From NCBI GenBank assembly GCA_002390675.1, contig DGPZ01000019.1:6795-70794 (forward strand): a stretch of 64,000 nucleotides of DNA. Direction: 5' to 3'. The stretch comes from Deltaproteobacteria bacterium UBA4427. Lineage in GTDB: Bacteria > Myxococcota_A > UBA9160 > UBA4427. This document shows, piece by piece, positions 45,855-57,247 of this stretch (position 1 is its first letter; the number at the start of each line of letters is the position of its first letter). The position numbers and the translations under genes are program-made. The notes beneath the pieces were generated by a model. The model saw only the letters and a program-made list of their open reading frames with translations, had not been told where the DNA came from and did not search any database.

Positions 45855-47210
45855 TTACGTTTCGGCCGTTTCCGCAGAAGTTGTTGGACGTGCACCCTGA
45901 AGAAAGCCCAACACGTAGGGGCCAATTATGTCCAAGGGCCGAATGCCCGGAGCCAACTCTGCGGCGAGACCGTAGAGCAGCGAAAACGCGCGTCCCCAGG
46001 ACACCAAACCGTCCGGCAGCTTGAAGCTCTTCAGCATCCACATGTGCTCGCGCATCTTCACAAAATATTCGCCGAAATCAATCTCGGACAACTCCGAGGG
46101 CGTCAGATTGAAATAGGTCGGGTCGAAGGATAGCTTTGCGAGTTCTCGCGCCGCTTCTCGGTCTTCCTCACGAAGGATTCCGATTTGAATCATGCTGTCT
46201 ACCCACAACTCATCGTTGCGGGTGACCGCAGCGAGCACGTTCTGTCGAATCCCGTCCATCGTCTCGGACTCGATTTCCTCGTTCATTCCGAAATCGATAA
46301 TCGCAACACGACCTTCCAGGTCTACTAACAGGTTTCCTGGATGCGGATCGCAGTGAAAGAAATAATCGCGAAACATTTGATGAAGAAACGCCCGCGTCGC
46401 TGTTTGAACGATTTCTTGTACGTCGACATCTCGAGCTTCCAGGGTTTCGCGGTCGTTGATCTTGTCGCCTTCGATAAACTCCATCGTCAAAACGCGCTGT
46501 GACGTCGTTGCCCAGTCGATGCGGGGAATTCTGACCTTCGCGAAGAGTTCGGGATCCGCCGCCAAGTTCTCAGCGACACGCTCCGCCGCCCGCCCCTCCG
46601 AGCGGTAGTCCATCTCGCCCCTGATTGATCGCGCGATCTGCACGTGGATAGAAAGCAAATCCGGCGCTACGAACGGATTAAATAGCCAGAGTGCTAGGCG
46701 CGCCATTCGCAGATCAACCGCGACGGAGCGCTCGACGCCGGGATAGAGGACCTTTACGGCAACATCACGGCCTTCATGATCTCGTGCCTTATGCACCTGC
46801 CCGAGGCTCGCCGAAGCCACGGGGTCCTTATCGATCAATGCGAAGAGCTCGTCACTGCCCTTGCCGAAAGCCGTCCGGATTTGGTGTTCGATCTCTTCGA
46901 AGGGATGTGGCGGAACGCGATCCTGAAGCCTGACCAACTCCGCCGTCATTGAATCAGGAATCACATCGACGCGAAGACTTGCCACCTGTCCAAGTTTGAT
47001 CAGTCCACCGCGGTAGCGCGACGCGATCGTCACGAATCGATGGGCTAGGCCTTTATAAAGATTGTCGAGCCAAGCTTCGTCTCGCCGAAGCTGTCCGCGG
47101 CGAACGGCCCGGCCCATAAGATAAACCCACGCCGCATGCACTATCAGGGTCGCAAGCACGAGCGTGCGGGTGGCCAGAGCGAGTCGGGACGGACCCGGAA
47201 CGGGAGACAT
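45855..47210 (-). CDS. ABC1/UbiB-family atypical protein kinase
   Basis: LIKLGQVASLR, ASASLGQVHKA, VAVKVLYPGVE, FHCDPHPGNLLV, IIDFGM. Confidence 0.9.
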   Translation of the reverse strand: MSPVPGPSRLALATRTLVLATLIVHAAWVYLMGRAVRRGQLRRDEAWLDNLYKGLAHRFVTIASRYRGGLIKLGQVASLRVDVIPDSMTAELVRLQDRVPPHPFEEIEHQIRTAFGKGSDELFALIDKDPVASASLGQVHKARDHEGRDVAVKVLYPGVERSVAVDLRMARLALWLFNPFVAPDLLSIHVQIARSIRGEMDYRSEGRAAERVAENLAADPELFAKVRIPRIDWATTSQRVLTMEFIEGDKINDRETLEARDVDVQEIVQTATRAFLHQMFRDYFFHCDPHPGNLLVDLEGRVAIIDFGMNEEIESETMDGIRQNVLAAVTRNDELWVDSMIQIGILREEDREAARELAKLSFDPTYFNLTPSELSEIDFGEYFVKMREHMWMLKSFKLPDGLVSWGRAFSLLYGLAAELAPGIRPLDIIGPYVLGFLQGARPTTSAETAET

Positions 47211-47218
47211 CTACAAAA

Positions 47219-48352
47219 TCAACTTTCTGGGGCGGCTTCCAAGGGCGCGGTTGGCTGCTCCTCCGCGAGTCTACCCCCATCTTGCGCCGGTGGCTCCGAT
47301 CCATCTGCCGCTGGTGCGGGAGCGGCCTCCGGGACTTTGGAAACCATGGGGGCCGCGGCGATTATCGGCGGCGCTGGTGCGGCCTCATTCGATGATTGGG
47401 TTTCGCCGGCGGACACAGCAGGAACGGTCGCTTGCGCGGCTTCGCCTTGTATCTCTTTAGCAGCAGCTTCGTTCTCTGCCTCGTCAGACGTAGGCTTTGA
47501 CACTGGAAGTTCCGCGCCCTTTGTGGGCACGAGACGAATTTCGATTCGGCGATTCATCCGACGATTGGCGACGGTATCGTTGGGCGCAATGGGAACATTC
47601 GGGCCGAGCGATATAACGGCGAGTCGACCACCCGGAATGCCGTGCTCCTCTAATAAGCGCACTACCCGTGCCGCGCGAGCCGCCGCCAACTCCCAATTCG
47701 TGGGATAGCGCTTCGCGAGCGCGCCGCGGATGCGACGATCATCCGTATGTCCACGCACTTCGATGAAGTCCTCAAGGTTCTTGAGTTGCCCCGCGACCTT
47801 GACCAGTACGCGGCGGCCGACCGAATCGAGTTCGGCTGATCCCGACGCGAATAACACCTCGTCGGACACGTTCAGGCGCAGGCCTTCGCGCAATCGCTCG
47901 ATCTCTATCTGCCCCGAGGAAACCTCTGACTCCAGATCCGTCACGAGTTCATCGTAAGTCGATTGCATCGACGAGATCACCGCCTCACGCTCGGCGAGCG
48001 CGGCAGCCGCCTGCAGGTGCGCCAGGCGCTCAGCATCTAGATTCTGATCGAGCCTATCTGCGCGCTCCTTTTGAGATGCCAGATTACTGGCCAGCGTAGT
48101 TCGCGTGACTCGCTCGTCCTCATAGGACTCCTGAGCCTCGACCCATTGTTCCTCGAGGCTGTCGCGCTCAATCGTCAGCCGCCGAACCTCGTAGGCCAGC
48201 CTTTCGCGCTCTTTTTCGAGCGAGACATGCTCGTCATTCAGTGAGTCGTAGGCGCTCCGCGCAACGCAGCCCGTCCCGATCCACACCACTGAAACCAACA
48301 ACAACCAACGCGCTACAACTCGCGAAACGAACTTCGGCAAACCGACCCCCAA
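47219..48352 (-). CDS. OmpA/MotB-family peptidoglycan-binding protein with an N-terminal coiled coil and an Ala/Pro/Glu-rich tail
   Basis: Signal/lipobox-like VWIGTGC, a long heptad-rich region, and an OmpA_C block LFASGSAELD..VRGHTDD..TNWELAAARAARVV..RRIEIRL. Confidence 0.85.
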   Translation of the reverse strand: MGVGLPKFVSRVVARWLLLVSVVWIGTGCVARSAYDSLNDEHVSLEKERERLAYEVRRLTIERDSLEEQWVEAQESYEDERVTRTTLASNLASQKERADRLDQNLDAERLAHLQAAAALAEREAVISSMQSTYDELVTDLESEVSSGQIEIERLREGLRLNVSDEVLFASGSAELDSVGRRVLVKVAGQLKNLEDFIEVRGHTDDRRIRGALAKRYPTNWELAAARAARVVRLLEEHGIPGGRLAVISLGPNVPIAPNDTVANRRMNRRIEIRLVPTKGAELPVSKPTSDEAENEAAAKEIQGEAAQATVPAVSAGETQSSNEAAPAPPIIAAAPMVSKVPEAAPAPAADGSEPPAQDGGRLAEEQPTAPLEAAPES

Positions 48353-48461
48353 CGTATTCGCCCAACTGACCTGAACTCACAGACTGTCGGGTGCCATAAT
48401 ACGATGCCGTGAATTGAGCTTAGGTTCAAATCGAGCCGGCTTTCCGTCTCGTCCTGGGTGC

Positions 48462-50879
48462 TCAGTTCACCTTATCAGTAAGCGTGTGCCGCAGCGCTTC
48501 GTCGATCGTCGCCACGAATTCAAGATCCAAGCCGTCGAGCAAACCCTCGCCAATCTCTTCAACATCTCTTCGATTCCGCTCGGGCAATACCACGCGCTCA
48601 ATACCGGCCCGCTTCGCCGCCAGCACTTTCTCCTTGATGCCGCCAACCGGCAGCACCTTTCCACGGAGCGTGATCTCACCAGTCATTGCGAGCCGAGGCC
48701 TGATTGCACGTCCGGTCAACAGCGACGCAAGCGATGAAACCATGCCGACACCTGCAGACGGACCATCCTTCGGCACCGCGCCCTGAGGAACGTGGACATG
48801 AACGTCGTGAGAATCGAAAGCCATCGGCCCAAGGGCGTAATCTTTTGCGTGGTTGCGGAGCCAGGAACGAGCTGCCTCGACGGACTCTCGCATGACATCG
48901 CCCATAGAGCCGGTTAGTTTGAGGTCGCCCTTCCCATCCATATGGGTCGACTCAATAAAGAGAATATCTCCACCCGTCGGTGTCCAAGCGAGTCCGACTG
49001 CGACTCCGGGCATCGCATCATCTTCCGCGAGTTCCGGCTCTGCCTTGATCGGCCCCAGCAGTTCCTCAATATCGGCACCAGCGATCGTGAACGGTCCCTC
49101 GCGCTCGCCTTCAGCCACCTTCCGCGCAATCTTACGGCAGACCCCACCGATCTCACGCTCGAGACTCCGGACGCCTGCTTCGCGCGTGTACGACTCGATC
49201 AGCTTAACAACGGCATCGTCGGCGAGTTCGAAGCCCGTCGCGCCAATGCCATTGCGCTCAACCTGGCGTGGAACAAGGAAGCCCTTGGCTATCTCGACTT
49301 TTTCCTCGAGGGTATACCCCGGTAGATCGATCACTTCCATTCGGTCACGAAGCGCCGCGGGCACATTGTCGATCACGTTAGCCGTGGCAATAAACAGAAC
49401 CTTCGAGAGATCCAAGGGCACTTCGAGATAGTGATCGCTGAACTCGTTGTTCTGTTCGGGATCGAGCACTTCAAGCAGCGCCGACGACGGGTCTCCTCGT
49501 CCATCCGCGCCGACCTTATCGATCTCGTCGAGCAGAATGACAGGGTTGCGAGTGCCTGCCTTGCGAAGGCCCTGCACGAATCGGCCGGGGAGTGCTCCGA
49601 CATAGGTTCGGCGATGACCACGAACTTCGGCTTCGTCGCGTACGCCGCCGAGGGAGATGCGAACAAATTCGCGTCCCAGAGCACGTGCCACGGACTTACC
49701 GAGCGAGGTTTTACCGGTGCCGGGCGGCCCCGCAAAGCAGAGAATCGGACCCTTGAGGTCACGCTTCAGGGAAAGCACCGCGATGTATTCGACAATCCGG
49801 TCCTTGATTTTATTCAGGCCGAAATGATCGGCGTCCAGCACTGCGCGCGCGGCATTAACGTCAAGCACGTCCTCGGACGTCTCGTTCCAGGGCAGAGCGA
49901 CCATCCACTCTAGATAGTTTCGAATCACCGCGTGCTCAGCCGCCGCGGAAGGCGTCTGCGAAAACCGCTCGAGTTCGCGGGTCGCCTGCTTATGAGCTTC
50001 TTCGGGCATCCCAGCTTCTTCGATTTCCGTACGAAGCCGTTCGACTTCTTCTTCGTCGTCTTCGCTCTCGCCTAACTCACGCCGAATCGCATCGAGCTGC
50101 TGGCGCAGCATGTATTCACGCTGCGTCTTGCCCATCTCGTTCTGGACCTTCTGCTTGATCTCCGTCTCGATCTGGATTGCTTCCGTCTCCTTCGAGAGTT
50201 GATCCAATACGAGACGCAGTCGGATGCCTACGTGATTCGCTTCAAGCACTTGCTGCTTACCGGCAACATCGAGTTCAAGATTCGAAGCGACCAGATCCGC
50301 GAGCTTCGAGGGATCTTCCAGATTAGCGACGAGCACCTGAAGCTCATCGGACAACCGAGAGCTCTCAGCGACCAGCGTGCTGAACTGTTGGGCCACGCTT
50401 CGCACGAGTGCCGTCATCTCAACGGATTCGTCGTCTTCACCAACTTCCTCGACACGCGAAATTTCTGCGCGGAGGAAGGGATCCGTCTCAGTAAATCTTC
50501 CGAGTTCCACCCGGGCGACGCCCTGCACGAGCAACCGGTAGGAGTCATCGGGAAATTTCAGCATCTTAACAACGCGCAGCACCGTGCCGACGGAATAGAC
50601 ATCATCGGGTCCCGGCGGACCGCTGAGATCCCGCTTAACAGCGGTACAGACCATCAGCCGATCCGGTCGAACTAAGGCGTCGTCGACCAGTCGCTGAGAT
50701 GCTGGGGTATTCACAACTAGAGGCGACAAGAGATACGGAAAGAGAACCGTATTCTTGAGGGGCAGCACGGGCAGCACTCCCGGAAGCTCCATGATCTCAT
50801 CAAGTTCATCGTCCGGACCGCTGCCAACGGCAATTTCCGTACCGCCGAGCTGCTCGTCTATCTGTCCCTCGTCTTCCAT
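48462..50879 (-). CDS. lon: ATP-dependent Lon protease (paralog 2)
   Basis: [32 protein letters not shown], full-length collinearity with paralog 1. Confidence 0.95.
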   Translation of the reverse strand: MEDEGQIDEQLGGTEIAVGSGPDDELDEIMELPGVLPVLPLKNTVLFPYLLSPLVVNTPASQRLVDDALVRPDRLMVCTAVKRDLSGPPGPDDVYSVGTVLRVVKMLKFPDDSYRLLVQGVARVELGRFTETDPFLRAEISRVEEVGEDDESVEMTALVRSVAQQFSTLVAESSRLSDELQVLVANLEDPSKLADLVASNLELDVAGKQQVLEANHVGIRLRLVLDQLSKETEAIQIETEIKQKVQNEMGKTQREYMLRQQLDAIRRELGESEDDEEEVERLRTEIEEAGMPEEAHKQATRELERFSQTPSAAAEHAVIRNYLEWMVALPWNETSEDVLDVNAARAVLDADHFGLNKIKDRIVEYIAVLSLKRDLKGPILCFAGPPGTGKTSLGKSVARALGREFVRISLGGVRDEAEVRGHRRTYVGALPGRFVQGLRKAGTRNPVILLDEIDKVGADGRGDPSSALLEVLDPEQNNEFSDHYLEVPLDLSKVLFIATANVIDNVPAALRDRMEVIDLPGYTLEEKVEIAKGFLVPRQVERNGIGATGFELADDAVVKLIESYTREAGVRSLEREIGGVCRKIARKVAEGEREGPFTIAGADIEELLGPIKAEPELAEDDAMPGVAVGLAWTPTGGDILFIESTHMDGKGDLKLTGSMGDVMRESVEAARSWLRNHAKDYALGPMAFDSHDVHVHVPQGAVPKDGPSAGVGMVSSLASLLTGRAIRPRLAMTGEITLRGKVLPVGGIKEKVLAAKRAGIERVVLPERNRRDVEEIGEGLLDGLDLEFVATIDEALRHTLTDKVN

Positions 50880-51345
50880 GATGCCTTCCGTGTCGTGGGT
50901 GGCCTACACCAAACACACGACGTTGACGCTCAATTAATCCGCTTTTTCAGTTTCGACAGGGAGCGTCCGGCGTTCGGGACTCCGCCTCGGAATACGAACC
51001 TCGAGAAACCCATCTTCAAGCCGTGCACGAACAAGATCGGGATCGAAACTGGCCTCGATACCGATCTCCCGTTCGAAGGGCCCAAAAGAGATCTCCATTT
51101 GCTTGAGTCGATCGATCGCAGCCGAAGGCGGCAATTTCCGCACTCCCCGTAAACGAAGCATGGATCCCTCGACGTTCACTTTGAGATCCTCACTCCTGAC
51201 GCCTGCGACCTCAAACCGGATGACGACCTCGGCCTCTGTCTCGAAGACATCGGCCGAAGGCTGCCACCGGTCGCCGCGCAAGCGATCCGGGAACTCGCCG
51301 TAAAGTTCGACAAGCGGATGGGGACGCGACTTCTCAGAAATAGGC

Positions 51346-53286
<1,941 letters not shown>

Positions 53287-53475
53287 GGGTCTCTAGCCTC
53301 TCATGCTCTTACTTAAATCGTGTAGGGTTCGTGCACTGCCCCGGGGACATCGTTCCGATATCTGCGGCACTCGCGATCAATCCACCGTGGGTCAAGCCAC
53401 TCGGTCTCATAACCACCTGAATTGGCTGGAAACCTCGGGCCGACGGCGGTCATGTCAATCAGCCTCCGTGATTTT

Positions 53476-53493
53476 CTGAGTTCGGTGACTCAG
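53476..53493. promoter_or_regulatory. Perfect inverted repeat CTGAGT-N6-ACTCAG upstream of dnaK (HAIR-like candidate operator)
   Basis: Read directly. It lies 190-207 bp upstream of the dnaK start in a 566-bp intergenic region. It resembles the HspR HAIR consensus CTTGAGT-N7-ACTCAAG but has an N6 spacer. Confidence 0.3.
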
Positions 53494-53885
53494 CGCGCGT
53501 CGGACAAGCTAAAGTGAGGGTTAAAAGAACCACCCTGCGCACTGCAGTAAGGTAACGATGGCGGGAACACCCGATTCTTAGTCGGGGTCCACCTAGAAAT
53601 CTGCACGCATGGAGGCTTTCGACACGCGGCAATCATGAAAGATCTCCAGTAACCGCTTGAATTTCCGATGGTTTGAATGGAGAAGGAGTCAACCTCCGGC
53701 TATGTTCCACCCCTCCGGGTAGACCAAGCAGAATGTTTGCGGAAAGACCGCAAAGCCCGACCCTATATGAGATCTCGGATCATATTTGAACCGGTCTCAG
53801 AGCGTATCCAGCACACAGACTGTCCGCGGAGGCAATTCGCAGGTCAGTCCGTTTGAGAGATAGGACGAGAGGAACAAGGATCGGG

Positions 53886-54773
53886 ATGGGTCCCTGGGTG
53901 ATCAAGGCACTGAATTTCGTCCTGGTGGGAGCGAGCTGCTTCCTGGTGGCCGGAGTCGTGACCGAAATTGGAGGAGAGGCGATTGAGCCGCCGCCGATCT
54001 CGAACGAGGTCCATCGGATTGAATCCGGCGATGCCGTCGCTGCCGCGTCGCCTTCGGCCATTCTTGATCGCAATCTTTTTGGTGCCCAGCTCGCTGGCGA
54101 AGCTCAGATCGTCAATACGAGTGCCGCCGCTTCCGACGAAAATCTCGAGGCGACGAAACTTCCGCTCCGGCTTCTCGGAACCGCAGCTGCCCGTGACGTT
54201 GACCGATCGCGCGCCGCGATCCAAGATGAAAAGACGCGAAAGCACATCGTCGTCGCCGTCGGCGACGAACTCGCAGGGCATACCCGAGTCCGCGTGAGGG
54301 ATATTCAGCGGTCACGCGTCGTCCTCGACAATCGCGGGAAGCTCGAAGAACTCGCCCTGCACGACGAAGACGACCGGCCGAAGCTCAAGGCGAAGAGGCC
54401 CCGCGTGCGCGAAGCCCGACGTAAGCCTCTGAAGGACACCCTCAACGACCGTCTAGCAAAGATCAACGGTAAGAATGGACAGGGCATTTCCAACCTTCTC
54501 TCCTCCGCACGGATCGTCCCGGAATACGACAAGGCCAGCGGCGAGATGCTCGGCATGAAAGTCGATACGATCAAAGCGGACAGTCTCTTAGAAAAAATCG
54601 GTCTTCAAAATGGCGACATCATTACGGAGGTGAACGGCATAGTCGTCGACCGCCTCGAAGCAACTAGCAAGATCTTTGAAGAGCTCTCTAGTGCAAAAGA
54701 AATCAACGTAGCCGCTACCCGCGGCAACGAAGGCGTGATCCTTGGTGGTATCGCCGACGACCTCATGGAGTAG
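53886..54773 (+). CDS. gspC: Type II secretion system protein C (TM anchor + C-terminal PDZ)
   Basis: N-terminal TM VIKALNFVLVGASCFLVAGVV. PDZ block GMKVDTIKADSLLEKIGLQNGDIITEVNG. Sits immediately upstream of gspD. The longest ORF starts at 53853. Confidence 0.8.
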   Translation: MGPWVIKALNFVLVGASCFLVAGVVTEIGGEAIEPPPISNEVHRIESGDAVAAASPSAILDRNLFGAQLAGEAQIVNTSAAASDENLEATKLPLRLLGTAAARDVDRSRAAIQDEKTRKHIVVAVGDELAGHTRVRVRDIQRSRVVLDNRGKLEELALHDEDDRPKLKAKRPRVREARRKPLKDTLNDRLAKINGKNGQGISNLLSSARIVPEYDKASGEMLGMKVDTIKADSLLEKIGLQNGDIITEVNGIVVDRLEATSKIFEELSSAKEINVAATRGNEGVILGGIADDLME

Positions 54774-54781
54774 TAACAGCA

Positions 54782-57247
54782 GTGCGCCCGTACCGCTTTA
54801 AGCAATCAACTCTATTGACTCGGCTGGCAATACCTTTGCTGGCATGCTTCGCCTTGTGCTCGGTCCCGTTGACCAGCTTTGCTCAGCCTGCGGACGAAGA
54901 GGAACTTATTTCTCTCGACTTCGCAGACGTCGAGCTTCCCGTGGTCATCGACACAATTTCGCGGCTGACGGGATACAACTTCATCTACGACGATCGCGTA
55001 CGCGGTCGCGTCACGATCGTCTCCCCAACCGAAGTCACCATCGACCAAGCCTTCGCCGTCTTCGAATCGGTTCTCAAGGTTAAGGGTTTTTCACTCGTCC
55101 TCGGTCCGGGCAACACCTACAAAATCCTGCCCATTCGAGACATCAAGGAATCCAGCGTCGACACGATCAAGGACAACCGCCCGTCGCCGAATCGTGACCG
55201 CTTCGTCACTCGTCTCGTTCCGCTCCAGTTCATCGACGCCGCGGCCATCACACAAACGATCAAGCCACTCATCTCGAAGGACGCGTCCCTCGTCGCCTAC
55301 GACGCTACGAACACGATCATAGTCACCGACAGCGAAAGCAATATCCGGCGCCTGCTGTCGATCCTCGCCGCGTTAGACGTCGAGAGTTATCGCCAAGAGC
55401 TCGCTGTGATCAAGATTGAGCATGCGGATGCCAACACGCTTGCGGAGCAGCTTTCCGAAATTTACGGAGCGGAAGTCGCTTCTGCGTCAGGTGGTTCGAC
55501 AGCAGCGCAGAGACGCGCTCGATCGCGGCGTCGAACTACGAATACCTCCAGTGCGGCAGCAGCTACGGGAGGCGACAACGCCGTGGGCCCGACCGTGCGC
55601 ATCCTCCCCGATGAGCGCACGAATTCGCTGCTCGTCCTTTCGTCGCGCCAGCAGCTCGCAGACATTCGCGGGCTTGTTCGTAAGCTCGACATCCAAGTTC
55701 GCGGCGAAGGTCGCATCCAGGTCTACTACTTGCGGCATGCGGATGCCGAAGAACTTTCGGAGACGCTCAACTCGTTAGTCGGGTCCGGCGGTGGAAGTTC
55801 GAGCCGAAGCTCCAGCCTCCCTGGCTCCACTTCAAATAACCAGAGTATTCGCTCCGCCGTCACGCCTCTTGATGACGGCATCACCGTGACAGCTGACCCC
55901 GCCACGAACGCACTCGTTATCAAGGCGAGCAAGGAAGGCTACGAGACTCTCAAGCAGGTCATTGAGAAGCTCGACGTCTCCCGGCCGCAAGTGCTCGTCG
56001 AAGCGCTGATCGTGGAGGTCGACGTTACCGACGACCTCTCTCTCGGATTCGACATCGCCTATCGAATGGTCAACGGCGATATGGATCTTCTGCTCCAGAC
56101 TGGCAACGCCGTCGTTCCTGGCAGCGGTCTCGCAGCCGCAGCGCTTTCGAACGCCTTCGAGAACCCGGCGGACGCATTTACGCCCGGCGCAGTCGCCACA
56201 AGCAACGGCGGCAGCTTCGGAATCGGCATGCAAGCCCTGGCCTCGGATAAGGACGTCAACATCGTCTCTGCCCCACACATTCTGACCTCGGACAACGAGG
56301 AAGCCGAAATCATCATCGGCGACAATATTCCGATCGTGACCGGTCGAACCGAAGCGGCAACCGGCGGTCCCAGCCTCTCCCAGGCGGTCAATGTTGAACG
56401 TCAAGATGTCGGTGTCACCCTCCGTGTCACACCGCAAATCAGCGAAGGTGAAACGCTGCGGCTAAATATATTCCAGGAAATCACGGAGGTTTCACCTAAC
56501 CCGGCAACTGGCGATCCCGACGAAGTCGGCGTCGCGCTGAGCAATCGCAAGATCGAAAACACGGTCGTCGTTAACGACGGCGAAACCGTTGCAATCGGCG
56601 GGCTAATCGACGAGAGCTATACGGAAACAGAGCGTGGTGTCCCCTTCCTGCGCGACGTTCCTTACCTCGGCTGGCTCTTCAAGACTAAGACCGAGTCGCT
56701 CCGCAAGACTAATCTGCTCATCTTCTTGACGCCGCATATCATCAGGAACGCGGATGACCTCGAGCGGGAAACGATCCGCAAGCGGCTCGAACTTGAAGAA
56801 CGGGTCGGAAACGAACACGCGTTTGCCGAGCTGGAAGATTGGAACCGACCCACCGGAGGACGAGACTTTGCCGTCGCGGAAGAGCTGACGCGCCACAGCC
56901 TTCGCTACCCGATCGATCGAATGCGTGAACTCGAAGAACGACATGAGAAGCTTCGAGACGAGCGAGAAGCCGAGGCGGAGCGAGTCGCCGAAGCCGGCAT
57001 TCAGCGTTACGCAGTCCGCGTCGCAAGCTTCCTGGACGAAAACCAAGCCGCGCAGACATTGACGGCTCTGATCGACTCGGGCTACGACGGAACACTCGTG
57101 ACCAGCGAATCCGACGGCAACCTCGTCTTCACGATCCAAATCGGTCCCTTCGAAGACCTTTGGACTGCCGACAGGACCGCGCAGACGCTAGATGCTGCCT
57201 ACGGCCACCAGTCGTCCGTAACTGTTCTGCGAGGCTCCGCTCCGTGA
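54782..57247 (+). CDS. gspD: Type II secretion system secretin GspD with a C-terminal SPOR domain
   Basis: Signal peptide, N0 domain (ISLDFADVELPVVIDTISRLTGYNFIYD), and secretin core (VNIVSAPHILTSDNEEAEIIIGDNIPIV; VPFLRDVPYLGWLFK). The C-terminus is RYAVRVASFLDENQAAQTLTALIDSGYDGTLV..FTIQIGPFEDLWTADRTAQTL. Confidence 0.9.
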   Translation: MRPYRFKQSTLLTRLAIPLLACFALCSVPLTSFAQPADEEELISLDFADVELPVVIDTISRLTGYNFIYDDRVRGRVTIVSPTEVTIDQAFAVFESVLKVKGFSLVLGPGNTYKILPIRDIKESSVDTIKDNRPSPNRDRFVTRLVPLQFIDAAAITQTIKPLISKDASLVAYDATNTIIVTDSESNIRRLLSILAALDVESYRQELAVIKIEHADANTLAEQLSEIYGAEVASASGGSTAAQRRARSRRRTTNTSSAAAATGGDNAVGPTVRILPDERTNSLLVLSSRQQLADIRGLVRKLDIQVRGEGRIQVYYLRHADAEELSETLNSLVGSGGGSSSRSSSLPGSTSNNQSIRSAVTPLDDGITVTADPATNALVIKASKEGYETLKQVIEKLDVSRPQVLVEALIVEVDVTDDLSLGFDIAYRMVNGDMDLLLQTGNAVVPGSGLAAAALSNAFENPADAFTPGAVATSNGGSFGIGMQALASDKDVNIVSAPHILTSDNEEAEIIIGDNIPIVTGRTEAATGGPSLSQAVNVERQDVGVTLRVTPQISEGETLRLNIFQEITEVSPNPATGDPDEVGVALSNRKIENTVVVNDGETVAIGGLIDESYTETERGVPFLRDVPYLGWLFKTKTESLRKTNLLIFLTPHIIRNADDLERETIRKRLELEERVGNEHAFAELEDWNRPTGGRDFAVAEELTRHSLRYPIDRMRELEERHEKLRDEREAEAERVAEAGIQRYAVRVASFLDENQAAQTLTALIDSGYDGTLVTSESDGNLVFTIQIGPFEDLWTADRTAQTLDAAYGHQSSVTVLRGSAP

